Below are positions 1-12,059 of a DNA stretch of 64,000 nt, one piece after another. Below the pieces are notes generated by a model. It had not been told where the DNA came from, did not search any database, and was given only the letters and a program-made list of their open reading frames with translations. The first letter of the stretch is position 1. The number at the start of each line of letters is the position of its first letter. The translations under genes were made by a program, and so were the position numbers. This stretch comes from Anolis carolinensis (taxonomy: Eukaryota), in NCBI RefSeq assembly GCF_035594765.1, contig NW_026943820.1, positions 17,616,647 through 17,680,646 of the forward strand. The letters are read 5' to 3'.

Positions 1-233
1 AGGAGATTCCACCTGAACATCAGGAAGAACTTCCTCACTGTGAGGGCTGTTCGGCAGTGGAACTCTCTGCCCCGGACTGTGGTGGAGGCTCCTTCTTTGG
101 AAGCTTTTAAGCAGAGGCTGGATGGCCATCTGTCGGGGGTGCTTTGAATGCGATTTCCTGCTTCTTGGCAGGGGGTTAGACTGGATGGCCCATGAGGTCT
201 CTTCCAACTCTATTATTCTATGATTCTATGATT
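1..233 (+). mobile_element. CR1 LINE 3' end
   Basis: ORF2 C-terminal remnant (RFHLNIRKNFLTVRAVRQWNSLP) and (ATTCTATG)n tail. Confidence 0.9.
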
Positions 234-1814
234 TGGGTGTATATAGGTCCACAGACTTATTGTGATGTATTTACCACAGGCTTATTTCTGACTCTGTTCT
301 GAAATTTCCCCTATGGAGTACTAAAAAAAAGGAAAAAGTGGAGAGAAAATATAGAGCACACCTAAGGATTCAATGAATTTGTATTTGTAAGAGAATTCCC
401 ATAAATATGAAAACTGTCAATCAATAATATCTGATGGACAGTGCGATTCTTTTGCCCAGAATAAATGTGCAACAAACAACATGACTGAAGAAATCCAAAT
501 AAAGAAGAACCAATTTCCCAATATAGTTACTAACAATGTTAACAGAAGCATGTTTACACTTGTAAGACAATTTCCATGGAAGAATAATAGCAGCAGAAAT
601 CCCACCCTATAATTTGCTAAATAAAACTGTTTCTTAATAAACAAAAAAGTACTCATTAATTTTTATAGCTAGCAGGGGAAAAGGCAGCTGACACAACAAA
701 GATTAACTGGAATCAAGGCAAAGCAGAATACTTTTGGTTGTAGGCATATAGATCATTCCTTCACGATTTTTGTCCCTAGGTTATAAACGTCATTTCCTAA
801 TTGGTTCCATTATCAAAACATGTAAAAAGTGTATTAAACTGCAAACTTTTTGTTCTTGTGGGACATTTTACAGCACATTTTGCTCTAGTTTTTCAATGGA
901 GTCTAAACCAATTGAACCTAGTTTGTGGCAGCCACAAAAACAATGTTGGGGTGGAACAACCTCAATGACTCAGTGCTATGAAATCATAGCAGTCATAGCT
1001 TAAAAGGTCTTTATCCTTCTGTCCCAAGGAGAGCTAGTGTCTCACCAAACTACAAATCCCAGGATTCCATAGCATTGAGCCATTACAATTAAAGTGGTGT
1101 CGAACTGCATTAACTCTACAGTATAGATACATTCATATGAAGCCTTGTTAAAGGTTACTGAGTAGGCCAAATTTTGGAAAGTTTTGAACAGAGGGTTTCT
1201 TGGTTCAAGGAATAGTACCCTCAGCACTATATACCTGGAGCTCCCAGATTGCATCCTCATTTAGCTAATATTATTTTAAAATGAAAATGAAAACTTATCT
1301 GGAATGCTTTTTTTGTATATTATATTGTATCATTCTGACAATGTTTTGTGCATTCAGCTTATTGCAAGGATTCTACTTTTATAAGCATTTGAATTGGCGA
1401 GAGCTAATAGAAATAAAGCAATATGTGTATTTCAACACCATAAGCAAACTTGAACGCAAAATATATGGAACTTATGGAATAATCTAGCTACTGAATATTG
1501 AACAAGCATACTGTCAAAATGAGCTTTCTCCTCATCTTTCAGCATAAAAAAGCATTGAAAGTAGAAATCTTAACCATTGCCAGCTATTGATGGCAAATGG
1601 TTCTTGGATTTTCACCCAATTTGTGTAAAGAAAATCTACAATTTGACTGTGACGGTACACTCAACATTGCGCTTATGAATTATGCACTTACATTCTTAGA
1701 CTAAAATGGTATAATTGCAGGTGGCCATCTAGGAATCGTCATAAAAGAAGCTGGATTTGCATAAAATTTGCATGTGATGATTAATATGCATAGGTGCAAA
1801 TTTAGAAATAATGT

Positions 1815-2161
1815 AAGGTAAAGGTTTTCCCTTGACATTAAGTCTAGTTGGGTCCGACTCTGGGGGTTGGTACTCATCTGCATTTCTAAGTCAAAGAGCC
1901 AACATTGTCCGTAGACACCTCCAAGGTCATGTGGCTGGCATGACTGCATGGAACGCTGTTACCTTCCCACCGGAGCATGACCTTCCCACTGGAGCGGTAC
2001 CTATTGATCTACTCACATTTGCATGTTTACTAACTGCTAGGCTTGCAGAAGCTGGGGCTAACAGCAGGATCTCACCCCGCTCCCCGGATTTGAACCGCCG
2101 ACCTTTTAGTCAACAAGTTCAGCAGCTCAGTGGTTTAACTCACTGTACCACTAAGGGCTCC
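1815..2161 (-). mobile_element. Sauria SINE
   Basis: (ACCTTT)n tail on the minus strand, tRNA-like head with B box GTTCAAATCC, homologous to other copies in the window. Confidence 0.9.
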
Positions 2162-2197
2162 TTAATGACTCCATCTTAAATTGAAATACAATCCACC

Positions 2198-2246
<49 letters not shown>

Positions 2247-2410
2247 TTTATTCTTATATCCCGCCCCATCTCCCCGGAGGGACTCGGGGCGGCTTACATG
2301 GGCCATGCCCAGACACGACAGCACAAGTCAGATAAAACATTAAACCGAGCAGTAAAACTTCAACATGATTAAAAACAGTCATAAAAGTCAATATACACAA
2401 TAATATTAAA
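2198..2410 (-). mobile_element. L2-type LINE 3' end with (AAT)n tail microsatellite
   Basis: Minus strand reads TGTAAGCCGCCCCGAGTCCC...GGGGCGGGATATAAGAATAAA followed by (ATT)n. Similar ends at 10245-10330, 29600-29725, 33345-33560, 41155-41265, 43440-43525 and 57820-57880. Confidence 0.75.
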
Positions 2411-4345
2411 ATCCCGATTTGGGTCAAAAGTTACCTTCCTGCTAACTTTGCTGTCCAAGTGTGTCTATGGCTCTGCGGATGTTGCTAAGCTGCAAATCCC
2501 ATCATCCCCAGCCTTGGTCAGGATAGCAAATGGGGACAGATGATGGGACCTTTATTATGAATTTATTATAGGGACATTCATTATCCCTAGGCTCAAATAC
2601 TAAGGGTCACTCCAAGGCTTGTCTCAAATACTGACTTAGCTGAAATAGCCCTTCAAATAAAGGGACAGGGCTAGTTTTAGTGCCTTCCCTCTGAGTTATT
2701 TTACCTTTTTATTCAGAGAAGCTTTTAAAGAAGAAGGTTTTCAAAGCCAAACCAAAAAGTACTGTGTTGTATGTATTTTAACTAATTTAATGGTTTTATT
2801 GCTTTGAAAACCATTGGAAGATTCAGGGTAAATGGAATGCTGGCATTTGTATGGAGGTTCGCAGCATCTTTAAAGGATCTGAAAAATTGAAAAACCCTTT
2901 TCCATGTGTCACTGTTGCTATTCAAATCAAACTGCACTGTCCACTTTTAAACAGAGGAATTAAGAAAAAGAGACTATGAGATTAGAATATCCAGTGTTTG
3001 TGATTCTTCTATCCCAGTCCTGTTTCAACCCTCTGAGTTTTTACTAATGGTGTCTGTCTGTCTGTCTATACTTCGAAAAACTGCATTTTTAATTCCTCAA
3101 CCAACTTGCAATAGTTTGAACAAAACTCTCACTTGTCCTTTAATCCAAATTGCTGAATTGTAAAAGTAGCATGAGAGGCACAATTAATTATGTGTCCTCC
3201 CGACACACAAATGTCACATCAGCAAGAAATTATAGCCTTCCTCATCCTATGATTTAAAAAGATGCTTTAAAACATTATTTAACAGTACCCTCCTCCCTAA
3301 ATAATTATCTAATTACAAACTGCTAATCTGATAATAATTGACAAGCAAAAAATGCCTAGTAATCAAGTGCCGAAACCCTTATAAGCATTATTACATCACG
3401 TCAGGCTTGGACTTTCTTACAACTCTTCATTACCGGCAAGCTTTGTAGTAACGCATATGCTATTAAAACTTTTTTATTATTATTAATTTTCACATTAGTC
3501 AAGTGGTAATTCTTCAATAAATTCCTCTGACTTCTGCATAAATAAGTTTCATTATTCCTCATTATTAAAAGAAACAAACACATTCTCCTTTGCTGTAAGG
3601 AAGTGATATAATTAGATGACCTTCTCGCATATAATCATGAATAAAGAGTCTGACAAGAAATGGGGAAATATTCCAGCAGGCATTTGGGCATTAACTACAG
3701 TTAGTCAAGACACAAAACATTATTGCGCTATCAAATGCTCTCAAGGAGGGGGGGGGGGGGATGTTTTGAAAATGGCTCTCCAAAAAAAGACTTTTAGTTT
3801 TACTATGGCATTAGAGAAATTCTTGGCTTCCCAACCGTTTATCACCGATTTCTTCATTTAGCTATTTTAAACGGGGTTTTAAAACATAGTTGATAAACTA
3901 GTAAAAATTGTATACAATGCAAATGACATTCTAGATAAGTTTTATTGACTTAATGCTTAGGCTGTAAAATGATAACAAACAGGATCGTTTTGATTTAGTG
4001 CATTTTTTAGAAATTCACACTTTGAACATACGGCAGACGTTGAGTGTAGTGTTGCTGCCACCTGAAGGTCTCTGCGGAAAAATGAAAGGCTCCTTTTCCG
4101 TTGGTCTCTCTCTAACCAGGATATTATTGATATGAGGATGCAGACGCTGAGAAGCCGAATAAAGATGTGTTGCTTTGTAAACCTGTGAATGATTGTATAC
4201 AAATGCACAAATGTAAATGGTAACAGTTCAGAGGCTTAAAACTGCTGTGCTTGCAATTGTGTTTTAAAATCACTTTGTTAAAGAAAGTCAGTTGGGTTGT
4301 TGTATGTTTTCCGGGCTGTCTGGCCATGTTCTAGAAGTATTCTCT

Positions 4346-4387
4346 CCTGACGTTTCACCCACATCTATGGTAGGCATCCTCAGAGGT
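4346..4387 (-). ncRNA. Minimal hammerhead ribozyme motif on the opposite arm
   Basis: Reverse complement reads acctCTGAGGAtgcctaccatagatgtgggtGAAACGTCagg. Confidence 0.65.
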
Positions 4388-4400
4388 GAGATACCTCACA

Positions 4401-4444
4401 ACCTCTGAGGATGCCTGCCATAGATGTGGGTGAAACGTCAGGAG
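4401..4444 (+). ncRNA. Minimal type-I hammerhead ribozyme motif (Penelope-associated)
   Basis: cct-CTGAGGA-t-GCCTGC(catagat)GTGGGT-GAAAC-GTC-agg: catalytic core, stem II, palindromic ACGT stem III, GUC cleavage triplet at 4437-4439. Confidence 0.7.
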
Positions 4445-4614
4445 AGAATACTTCTAGAACATGGCCAGACAGCCTGGAAAACATACAACAACCCTGTGAT
4501 CCTGGCCATGAAAGCCTTCGACAACACAATGAATGTCAGTTGGTCACTTGCAATAAGTCGAAATCATCTCCAGTTAACTCAAAGGGTTCATTTTATTAAA
4601 CCAAAAGATAATTA

Positions 4615-4930
4615 TACTATGTAACAAAATTTGAAAAAATGTTCTGTTCCTGGTTTTAAACTGTTATTTCCTGTTTAATTGTGCAGTTGTTACTTTGAAA
4701 GTAGCTGTTATACTCCAGAAACTTTGTTTTTCTAACTGCCACAAACTAGGCTCAATTGATTGAGACTCGATGTGATATTCATAGAAAAAACATAGCAAAA
4801 TGTGCTGCAGGATGTCCCTCCTGCAAAAACAATTTTTTTTTGCATTTAATAAACTTTGTTGATGTTTTTAGGTACAACCAATTAGAAAATGACATTTATA
4901 ACCCAGGAACAAAAATTGTGTTATATAGTT
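4615..4930. mobile_element. ~300 bp MITE with CACTATGTAACA-type TIRs and TWA TSD (Chapaev3-like). Other copies at 22088-22377, 40847-41153, 45391-45668, 60133-60405; fragments at ~765-980 and 16590-16929
   Basis: TIRs CACTATGTAACA...TGTTACATAGTG, TTA or TAA flanks on both sides in several copies, mutual homology. Superfamily inferred from CAC..GTG ends and 3-bp TWA TSD. Confidence 0.7.
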
Positions 4931-5524
4931 TTATGCTCTCTCTCTCTCTCCTTCTCTTTTCTCTTTGAGACCAGTGATGTGACACGTCTATCATATGTTG
5001 TTTTAGATGAGCTGAAAACAGGTCATTTTTGTGAGGTTACTAAATTAGTGGGCTGATTTGTACCATGCAGGATAAACAATGAGGATGTGCCCTCACATCA
5101 CTTTTACTTATGGCAGTCCTCTCTGGGGGTTTTCTTGGTAAGACTTCTTCAGAAGAGGTTTGCTATGGCTTTCCTTTAAGACTGAGAGAGCAGGAGCTGC
5201 AGAAGGCCACATTTGTGGATGACGAGCATGATCTAGTAGATATGTAAAACTACCAAAAACTACACATCTGCATAGTATTCACTAAATACTACTGAATGAT
5301 AACTAAAAATAACAAAGCAGAAAGAGAAAAATCAAACAACCAAAGACACAGAAATGACCACAAAAAAGAACTACAAACTTCTCACAATGCATCTGATAGT
5401 TGTTATCCCTTGTCTGTCTACTTATAATGTAATCCCACTTCTACTTTTGGCAACATTCTACTAATTCACAAATCCCACAATTGATAAACACATCATTGTC
5501 ATGAGAAAGTGATGAACAAGTTCC

Positions 5525-6330
5525 AGGCTTTGTGGAGCTGGCTGTGGTCGCCACCCAACTCCAGGAATTCTTGGATGAAACAGATTATCTAGACCCATCG
5601 CAGTCTGGGTTTAGGCCTGGCCATGGAACAGAGATGGCTTTGGTTTCATTTCATTTCAATGGTTGCCTTGGTGGATGGCCTTCACAGAGAACTAGATAGG
5701 GGGAGCGTATCCTTGTTGGTTCTCCTGGACATCTCACCGGCTTTTGATACCATCGACCATGGTATCCTTCTGGGTCGACTTGCCGGGATGGGACTTGGGG
5801 GCCCTGCTCTGCAGTGGCTCCACTCATTCCTGGACGGCCGGATCCAGAAGGTGGTGCTGGGGGATGCCTGCTCAGAACCCTGATCTTTAGCTTGGGGGAT
5901 CCCACAAAGCTCGATTCTATCCCCTATACATGAAACCACTGGGTGAGGTCATCTGGAGTTTTGGAGTTCGGTGCCATCTGTACGCAGATGACACACAACT
6001 GTACTACTCTTTTCCATCACATTCCAAGGATGCTCCCTGGATCCTGAACCAATACCTGACAGCTGTGACAGACTATATGAGGTTCAACAACTGATGCTTA
6101 ATCCAGATAAGACAGAGGTCCTCCTTGTCAGTCGTGGAATAGGGTGGCAACCTGTGCAACCTATCTACTCCCGCTGAGGACAGAAGTCTGCAGTCTGCAG
6201 GTCCTCCTGGACTAAGCACTGATTCTTGAAGCTCTGGTGTCAGCAGTGGCCAGGAGGGCTTTCACACAATTAAAACTTGTGCACCAACTGCACAGTATCT
6301 TGAAAAGTCTGATCTGGCCACAGTGGGCCA
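5525..6330 (+). mobile_element. Degenerate L2 LINE reverse-transcriptase fragment
   Basis: QSGFRPGHGTE, LLVLLDISPAFDTIDHGILL and HLYADDTQLY motifs, interrupted by stops and frameshifts. Confidence 0.9.
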
Positions 6331-6484
6331 CTCGACTCTAGCAGTAAAACACAAGGATAAGAAATCACTAACAGTTTGTTATATTTCATGATAAACTGAA
6401 CTGTGCTGCTCTACATCTGGATTATTATTATCAGACGTACAACCCCTGGCATTGAAAAGTCTCCTCATTAACCACAATACGATA

Positions 6485-6814
6485 GTAAAGGTAAAGGTTT
6501 CCTCTAACATTAAGTCCAGTCGTGTCCGACTCTGGGGGTTGGTGCTCATCTCCATTTCTAAGCCGAAGAGCTGGCGTTGTCTGTAGACACATCCAAGGTC
6601 ATGTGGCCAGCATGACTGCATGGAACACCGTTACCTTCCTGCAGGAGCAGTACCTATTGATCTACTCACATTTGCAAGTTTTCAAACTGCTAGTTTGGCA
6701 GAAGCTGGAGCTAACAGCGGGCACTCACTAGGCTCCCCGGATTTGAACCTGGGACCTTTCGGTCTGCAAGCTCAGCAGCTCAGCACTTTAACACACTGGG
6801 CCACTGGAGGCTCC
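6485..6814 (-). mobile_element. Sauria SINE with 13-bp TSD
   Basis: TSD CCACAATACGATA (6472-6484) / CCACAGTACGATA (6815-6827). Confidence 0.92.
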
Positions 6815-7039
6815 CCACAGTACGATAACAGCTCTAATTAAGATCTGTTTCTCATTGTACTTCTGTTCAGCCCTGCAACAAGAGACAAAAAGGCACTAGG
6901 ACAATTCAGTTCAAAGGGCAGTTTTGTGAAAGACACCTATCCTTCATCCAGTCTTCTGATCCTCTGCTTCCATTGCTGAGTTTTGTCATGGCATGAAAAC
7001 CTGAGTGCCATGCACTCAACCACTTGCAGCATGCCATCG

Positions 7040-7705
7040 TATAGTATATAATATTCTGCGTAGCAAATTTACGATTGTTGGGACCCCAATTAGGTGTTAC
7101 GCTTATAATAAAGTGCCTGTTATAAAGTATATGAAGGGGTTCCGGTACACTCCCATTCCCGAGCGCAGAAAAGGCATGATGGGGCCAGGAAAATGTATGG
7201 CTCCAAACCATACATAAAACATACGCCCTTTCATCTGGTGTTTCTTGAGGAACTCACTGCTACTTAAATCGTTAATAACATTAAGGCATTCCATTCATCT
7301 TAAGGCAGGAATGAAGGGGTAGGAGGAAATGGCCATATAAGGACGTACGAGCAGGCCAGGTACACAGCCGATGGGTTATCACATGATTTCCCCAAAATCA
7401 TGTGTTTTGAGAGAAACGAAAGTAACGACGAAATGTAATACTGCACCACAAATATGCACCAATGGTTTGATATGTGGGCGGTCGTAAACCGAACCCATTG
7501 AATTGTATAAATAGACACTTGACCCTGTCGGCGGGGTTCTCCCTTTTCAGCACCTAGTTGTGCGTGGGATGAACCTCTGCAGCTGCATGAACTTTAGTAA
7601 ACTGCTTTCTTTGGAAAAAAACTCCAGTTGTCTGTCTCCTACTTCCACTGCATCCGCACAGACACACGAGAAGCCAAGAAGAGGGGAAGTCTGGCTTCCG
7701 CTACA
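7040..7705 (+). mobile_element. Probable solo LTR
   Basis: CpG-retaining block ending in CTACA and starting TATAG (degenerate TGTAG). TATA box at ~7505, AGTAAA poly(A)-like signal at ~7596, imperfect 4-bp TSD ATCG/ATCT. Confidence 0.55.
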
Positions 7706-7872
7706 ATCTTAATGACTGAAAAATGCTTTGAACCTGGGACACAAAGAAGACGTAGACACTGCGGGAGAGAGCTTGGCTTCCCCAGGGTCAAAAGCAGTAC
7801 TCCAATTGACTTAAGTGGGGTCAGGGATCCACTGTTTATCACCAAGTACTTGAAGTAAGTTTCTAATAGGGA

Positions 7873-8000
7873 NNNNNNNNNNNNNNNNNNNNNNNNNNNN
7901 NNNNNNNNNNNNNNNNNNNNNNNNNNNNNNNNNNNNNNNNNNNNNNNNNNNNNNNNNNNNNNNNNNNNNNNNNNNNNNNNNNNNNNNNNNNNNNNNNNNN
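7873..8000. other. Assembly gap (128 N)
   Basis: Run of N. Confidence 1.
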
Positions 8001-8286
8001 ATGTAAACGGGCAGGCAGAATGTTGGATAAGCGAATATGTTGAATAATAAGGAAAGATTAAGGAAAAGCCTATTAAACATTAAATTAGGTTATGATTTTA
8101 CAAATTAAGCACCAAAACATCATGTTATACAACAAATTTGACAGGAAAAGTCGTTCAATACACAGTAATGCTATTTACGAATTTAGCACCAAAATATCAC
8201 AATGTATTGAAAACATTGACTACAAAAATGTGTTGGATAATCCAGAACGTTGGATAAGCGAGTGTTGGATAAGTGAGACTCTACTG
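8001..8286. mobile_element. Tc1/mariner-pogo (Tigger-like) MITE family A, truncated by the gap
   Basis: TIR TTGGATAAGTGAGACTCTACTG followed by TA. Confidence 0.85.
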
Positions 8287-8387
8287 TATATAAATTAACA
8301 CACACACAAGCTTAGGTACCAGATGTTGCCTCAGTTAAGTATTTTGCAATGCTGTTTATCAGAAATAGTCATTGCTTGGGTTGCTGT

Positions 8388-9008
8388 TGTTGTGGTAATC
8401 TCTGAGCGGTTAGACTCAATTTAACCCTCTCTGGGGGAGATTCCACCAAAATCAGCAGAGTAGCAAAAGCAAAGCTTTCAAATGCAACAGTTACTTACAC
8501 TGGCGAGCAAGAGAAGCCTTTTTAGGATTGCAATGGACTGCAGAGTCTCAATAAAAGTTCAAAAAGTATTTATTTAGGTAAAAAGAACTCCATTGTAGAT
8601 AGAAAGGCTTGGGAGCTGTCTAGATATTTCTATAGACAGGATTCTAAGGAAAAATAAGAAAGGAAAAATAACAAACATCTACATAGTTACATCTTGCCAG
8701 GAGAGATGGCAGGATGCTGCTTGTTAGCTTGAAGAACAAAGGGAAAAGAGAGCCAAAAATGGTTCCAACCGCATGGTCCAGTTTATTGGGGCCATAAAAG
8801 ACACTCTGACCAATTGGAAGTTAGTGTCCCTAAAGATTCACATTTCTACCAACTTCAAAGTAAGGGATGTGACGTAAACAGGATAGAGTGAAACACAGTA
8901 AAGCCTGTCTAGGCATGCTTTGGACACAGGGAAAGGATTCCCTCAATCTAACTCTATCATCTATCTGACTACATTTGGACTTGAGTAGTCCAGGATGATT
9001 TCCCAACA
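8388..9008 (-). mobile_element. Solo LTR (621 bp) with perfect 5-bp TSD, inserted in a Penelope terminus
   Basis: TGTTG...CAACA termini. TSD GCTGT at 8383-8387 and 9009-9013. Minus orientation is tentative. Confidence 0.8.
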
Positions 9009-9730
9009 GCTGTGAGTTTTTTTGGGCATTGTGGCCATGTTTCAGTAGCATTCTCTCTTGACATTTCACCTGCATCTGTGGCAAGCATCTGCAGAAGTTT
9101 GCTCAAAGGTCTGTTGGAAATAAAGCAAGTGGGGTGTATATATATCTGTGGAATGTCCAGGGTGGGAGAAAGAACCCTTGTCTGTTTGGAGCAAGTGTGC
9201 ATGTTGCAATTAGCAAGCTTGATTAGCATTGAGAAGCCTTGCAGCTGCAAAGTCAATCAGTGAGGGTATTTGCATAGCGGTAGCCTGGCTGTTGTCCGTG
9301 GAGGCATCCTTTGTTTAGGAGGTGCTAACTGGCACTTGTTTGCTGTCTGGAATTCCCCTGTTTCTAAGTGGTGTTTTTTATTTACTGTCTTGATTCTGGT
9401 ATTTTTTTTTATTCTGATAACCAGATTTTGTACATTTTCATGGTTTCCTCCTTTCTGTTGAAATTGTCCATGTGCTTGTGGATTTCAATGGCTTCTCTGT
9501 GTAGTCTGAAATGGATTGGTCGAGCATTTCTGTGTTCTCAAATAATATGCTGTGTCCAGGTTGGTTCATCGAGTGCTCTGCTATGGCTGATTTCTCTGGT
9601 TGAGCTAATCTGCAGTGCCTTTCGTATTCCTTGATTCGTGTCTGGACAATGCTGTGTTTGGGGGTCCCTATATAGACTTGTTCACAGCTGCATGGTGTAC
9701 TGTAGACTCCAGCTGAGGTGAGAGGATCCT
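9009..9730 (-). mobile_element. Penelope-like retroelement 3' part with GIY-YIG endonuclease remnant
   Basis: Minus strand reads AGVYSTPCSCEQVYIG...EKSAIAEH...REAIEIHKHMDNFNRKEE, followed by the terminal repeat with a decayed hammerhead. Confidence 0.88.
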
Positions 9731-9743
9731 AATTATTATTAAT

Positions 9744-9785
<42 letters not shown>

Positions 9786-10230
9786 GCAGCAGCTACTCTG
9801 GGACTTCCGAATTCAGACAGACAGGGTTTTGGAGCACAATACTCCTAACCTCACGATCGTGTTAAAAAACAAAGTATGGATTGTCAATATCGCAATCCCA
9901 GGTGACAGCAGGATTGAGGAGAAACTACTGGAAAAGTTGACACGATATGAGGATTTAAAGATCGAACTACAAAGACTCTGGCACAAGCCAGTCAAGGTGG
10001 TCCCAGTGGTGATCGGCACACTGGGTGCAGTGCCTAAAGGCCTTGGCCTGCACTTAAACACAATTGGCGCTGACAAAATTACCATCTGCCAGCTGCAAAA
10101 GGCCACCTTACTGGGATCTGCTTGCATTATTCGCCGATACATCACACAGTCCTAGACACTTGGGAAGTGTCCAACGTGTGATCCAATTCAACAGCCAGTA
10201 GAGTGTCTGCTGTGGACTCATCTTGTGAAA
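9786..10230 (+). mobile_element. R4/Dong-clade non-LTR retrotransposon 3' end (restriction-like endonuclease domain) inserted in (TAA)n
   Basis: LWDFRIQTDRVLEHNTP...EKLTRYEDLKIELQRLW...VPVVIGTLG...LQKATLLGSACIIRR, flanked by TAA repeats on both sides. Confidence 0.85.
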
Positions 10231-10241
10231 ATAATAATAAT

Positions 10242-10282
<41 letters not shown>

Positions 10283-10522
10283 CTTTATTTTTCTATCCCG
10301 CCTCCATCTCCCTGCAGGGACTCAGGGCGAAGGCCAAAAACAAAGAATCAAGGTAAAATACATGTAAAAACAGCATTTTCAACCAAATAAAACACATGAA
10401 AATCTCTTGTCCTTCGCTGAACATAGCATTTGTTGGATTTTCTTAGTGGGTCTGTAGATAGTTTGTAGGTTGTGTTTCTTTATCAGTTTCCCTATGCAGT
10501 CCATGGTTCCCTTGATGCAGAT

Positions 10523-11168
10523 CAGTGATTCCCAAAGTGGGCGCTACTGCCTCCTGGTGGGCGCTGCAGCAATCCAGGGGGGCGGTAATGGCCACAGGTG
10601 CATTTGCCATATGCATACCGTGTTTGCCATATGCATACCCGAAAATAAGACAGTGTCTTATATTAATTTTTGCTCCCAAAGATGCACTAGGTCTTATTTT
10701 CAGGGGATGTCTTATTTTTCCATTAAGAAGAATTTACATTTATTGCTGAACAAAAAAATTGAACATTTATTATATACTGTACAGTAGTTGTCATCACAAA
10801 GCAGCATAACTAAACAAACTGCGAATCCTATCAAGAATTTCTTGTTACTACCATTATTTCCATGTACAACAATCTATGGTACAGTATGTACATTTACCGA
10901 TCCTGCATGCTCTGGTGTTGTTTGGCGGGCGTGCTTCCAAACAAAACCTTTGCTAGGTCTTACTTTCAGGGGAGGCCTTATATTTAGCAATTCAGCAAAA
11001 CTTCTACTAGGTCTTATTTTCTGGGGATGTCTTATTTTAGGGGAAACAGGGTATCTATCGTTCTGTTTAATTGCTATTAAAATTAAAAAAAAAATAATTT
11101 CCAGGGGACGCTGAGTAATATTTTTTCTGGAAAGGGGGCAGTAGGCCAAATAAGTTTGGGAACCACTA
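10523..11168. mobile_element. hAT (Charlie-like) MITE containing a nested Tc2-like MITE (10618-11051)
   Basis: CAGTGATTCCCAAA...TTTGGGAACCACTA TIRs, 8-bp TSD ATGCAGAT/ATGTAGAT. Nested element has CCG...AAAATAAGAC-type ends and TA flanks. Confidence 0.8.
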
Positions 11169-11181
11169 ATGTAGATTAATA

Positions 11182-11517
11182 CAGTGTTCCCTCACTACGC
11201 GATTCACTTTTTGCGGATTCACTGTTTCGCGGTTTTTAATAAACTCTAAAAGACTATTATAAATAATAAAAAATTATAATTTACAGCCTAAGGAAAGGAG
11301 GAAGGAGAAGCCAAAGGGAGAGAAAAGGCGCCCAAGTGGCAACGGGAGGAGAAGGCAATTTATCAACACACGATTAGTTAATAAAGACTTAAAATAGTGT
11401 ATAACTACTAAAATAATGTATAAATATTAAAATAAATATAGTGTCCCTACTTCACGGATTTTCACTTATTGCGGGTGGTCCTGGAACCTAACCCCAGCGA
11501 TAAGTGAGGGAACACTG
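11182..11517. mobile_element. Tigger-like MITE
   Basis: TIR CAGTGTTCCCTCACT...AGTGAGGGAACACTG, TA TSD. Confidence 0.85.
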
Positions 11518-11619
11518 TAACACTTTTCCTCTGGGTGGATCTTTGTCTTTACTCTCGTGGCTTGTTCTTGGTCTTGCAGATCTTCTGATGTCTGTCGTGG
11601 AGTCTCCATTGGCCTGTAG

Positions 11620-11901
11620 AGCCCAGGCAGGATGCAGCCAGGCTTTGAAGCTGCATGGTCATTCAATGCTTATCAAGGTGGCCAATTGCAACATTCATAC
11701 TTCCTTCAAAAAGACAAGAGTTCTTTCTCCCATCCTGAGATATATAAACCCCACTTGCCTAGCTTCCAACAGACCTCACAACCTCTGAGGATGCCTGCCA
11801 TAGATGTGGGCGAAACGTCAGGAGAGAATGCTTCTGGAACAAGGCCATACAACCCGGAAAACTCACAGCAGCCCAGTGATTCCGGCCATGAAAGCCTTCG
11901 A
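11620..11901 (+). mobile_element. Penelope-like 3' terminal repeat with intact hammerhead motif (11781-11824)
   Basis: CTGAGGAtGCCTGCcatagatGTGGGCGAAACGTCagg. Confidence 0.85.
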
Positions 11902-12059
11902 TTGTTAGGAATTGTGGGAGTTGAAGTCCAAAACACATGGAAGGCCGAAGTTTGCCCATGCCTGGTATATCTGTCCCAAGTTTGGTCCACGGCGTGGCTC
12001 CAACTCCCTTCATCCTTGGCCAGCCTCACTTGCTCGGCTCCAAACAGCACGAGACGGCC

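Larger units (their letters stand above)
4294..4528. mobile_element. Penelope-like element terminal repeat in inverted (palindromic) arrangement
   Basis: ~100 bp inverted arms centred near 4390. Same sequence as the ends of the GIY-YIG-bearing copies at 9009-9730 and 56951-57590. Confidence 0.85.

Noticed and set aside
2181-2372. Poly-Asn, poly-Ile and poly-Leu ORFs (also at 20308-20644 and 41076-41276)
   Set aside because: Translations of (AAT)n microsatellites.
9829-10155. 108-aa ORF as a host nuclease gene
   Set aside because: It is a 5'-truncated R4/Dong retrotransposon C-terminus with no true start and mutated catalytic residues.
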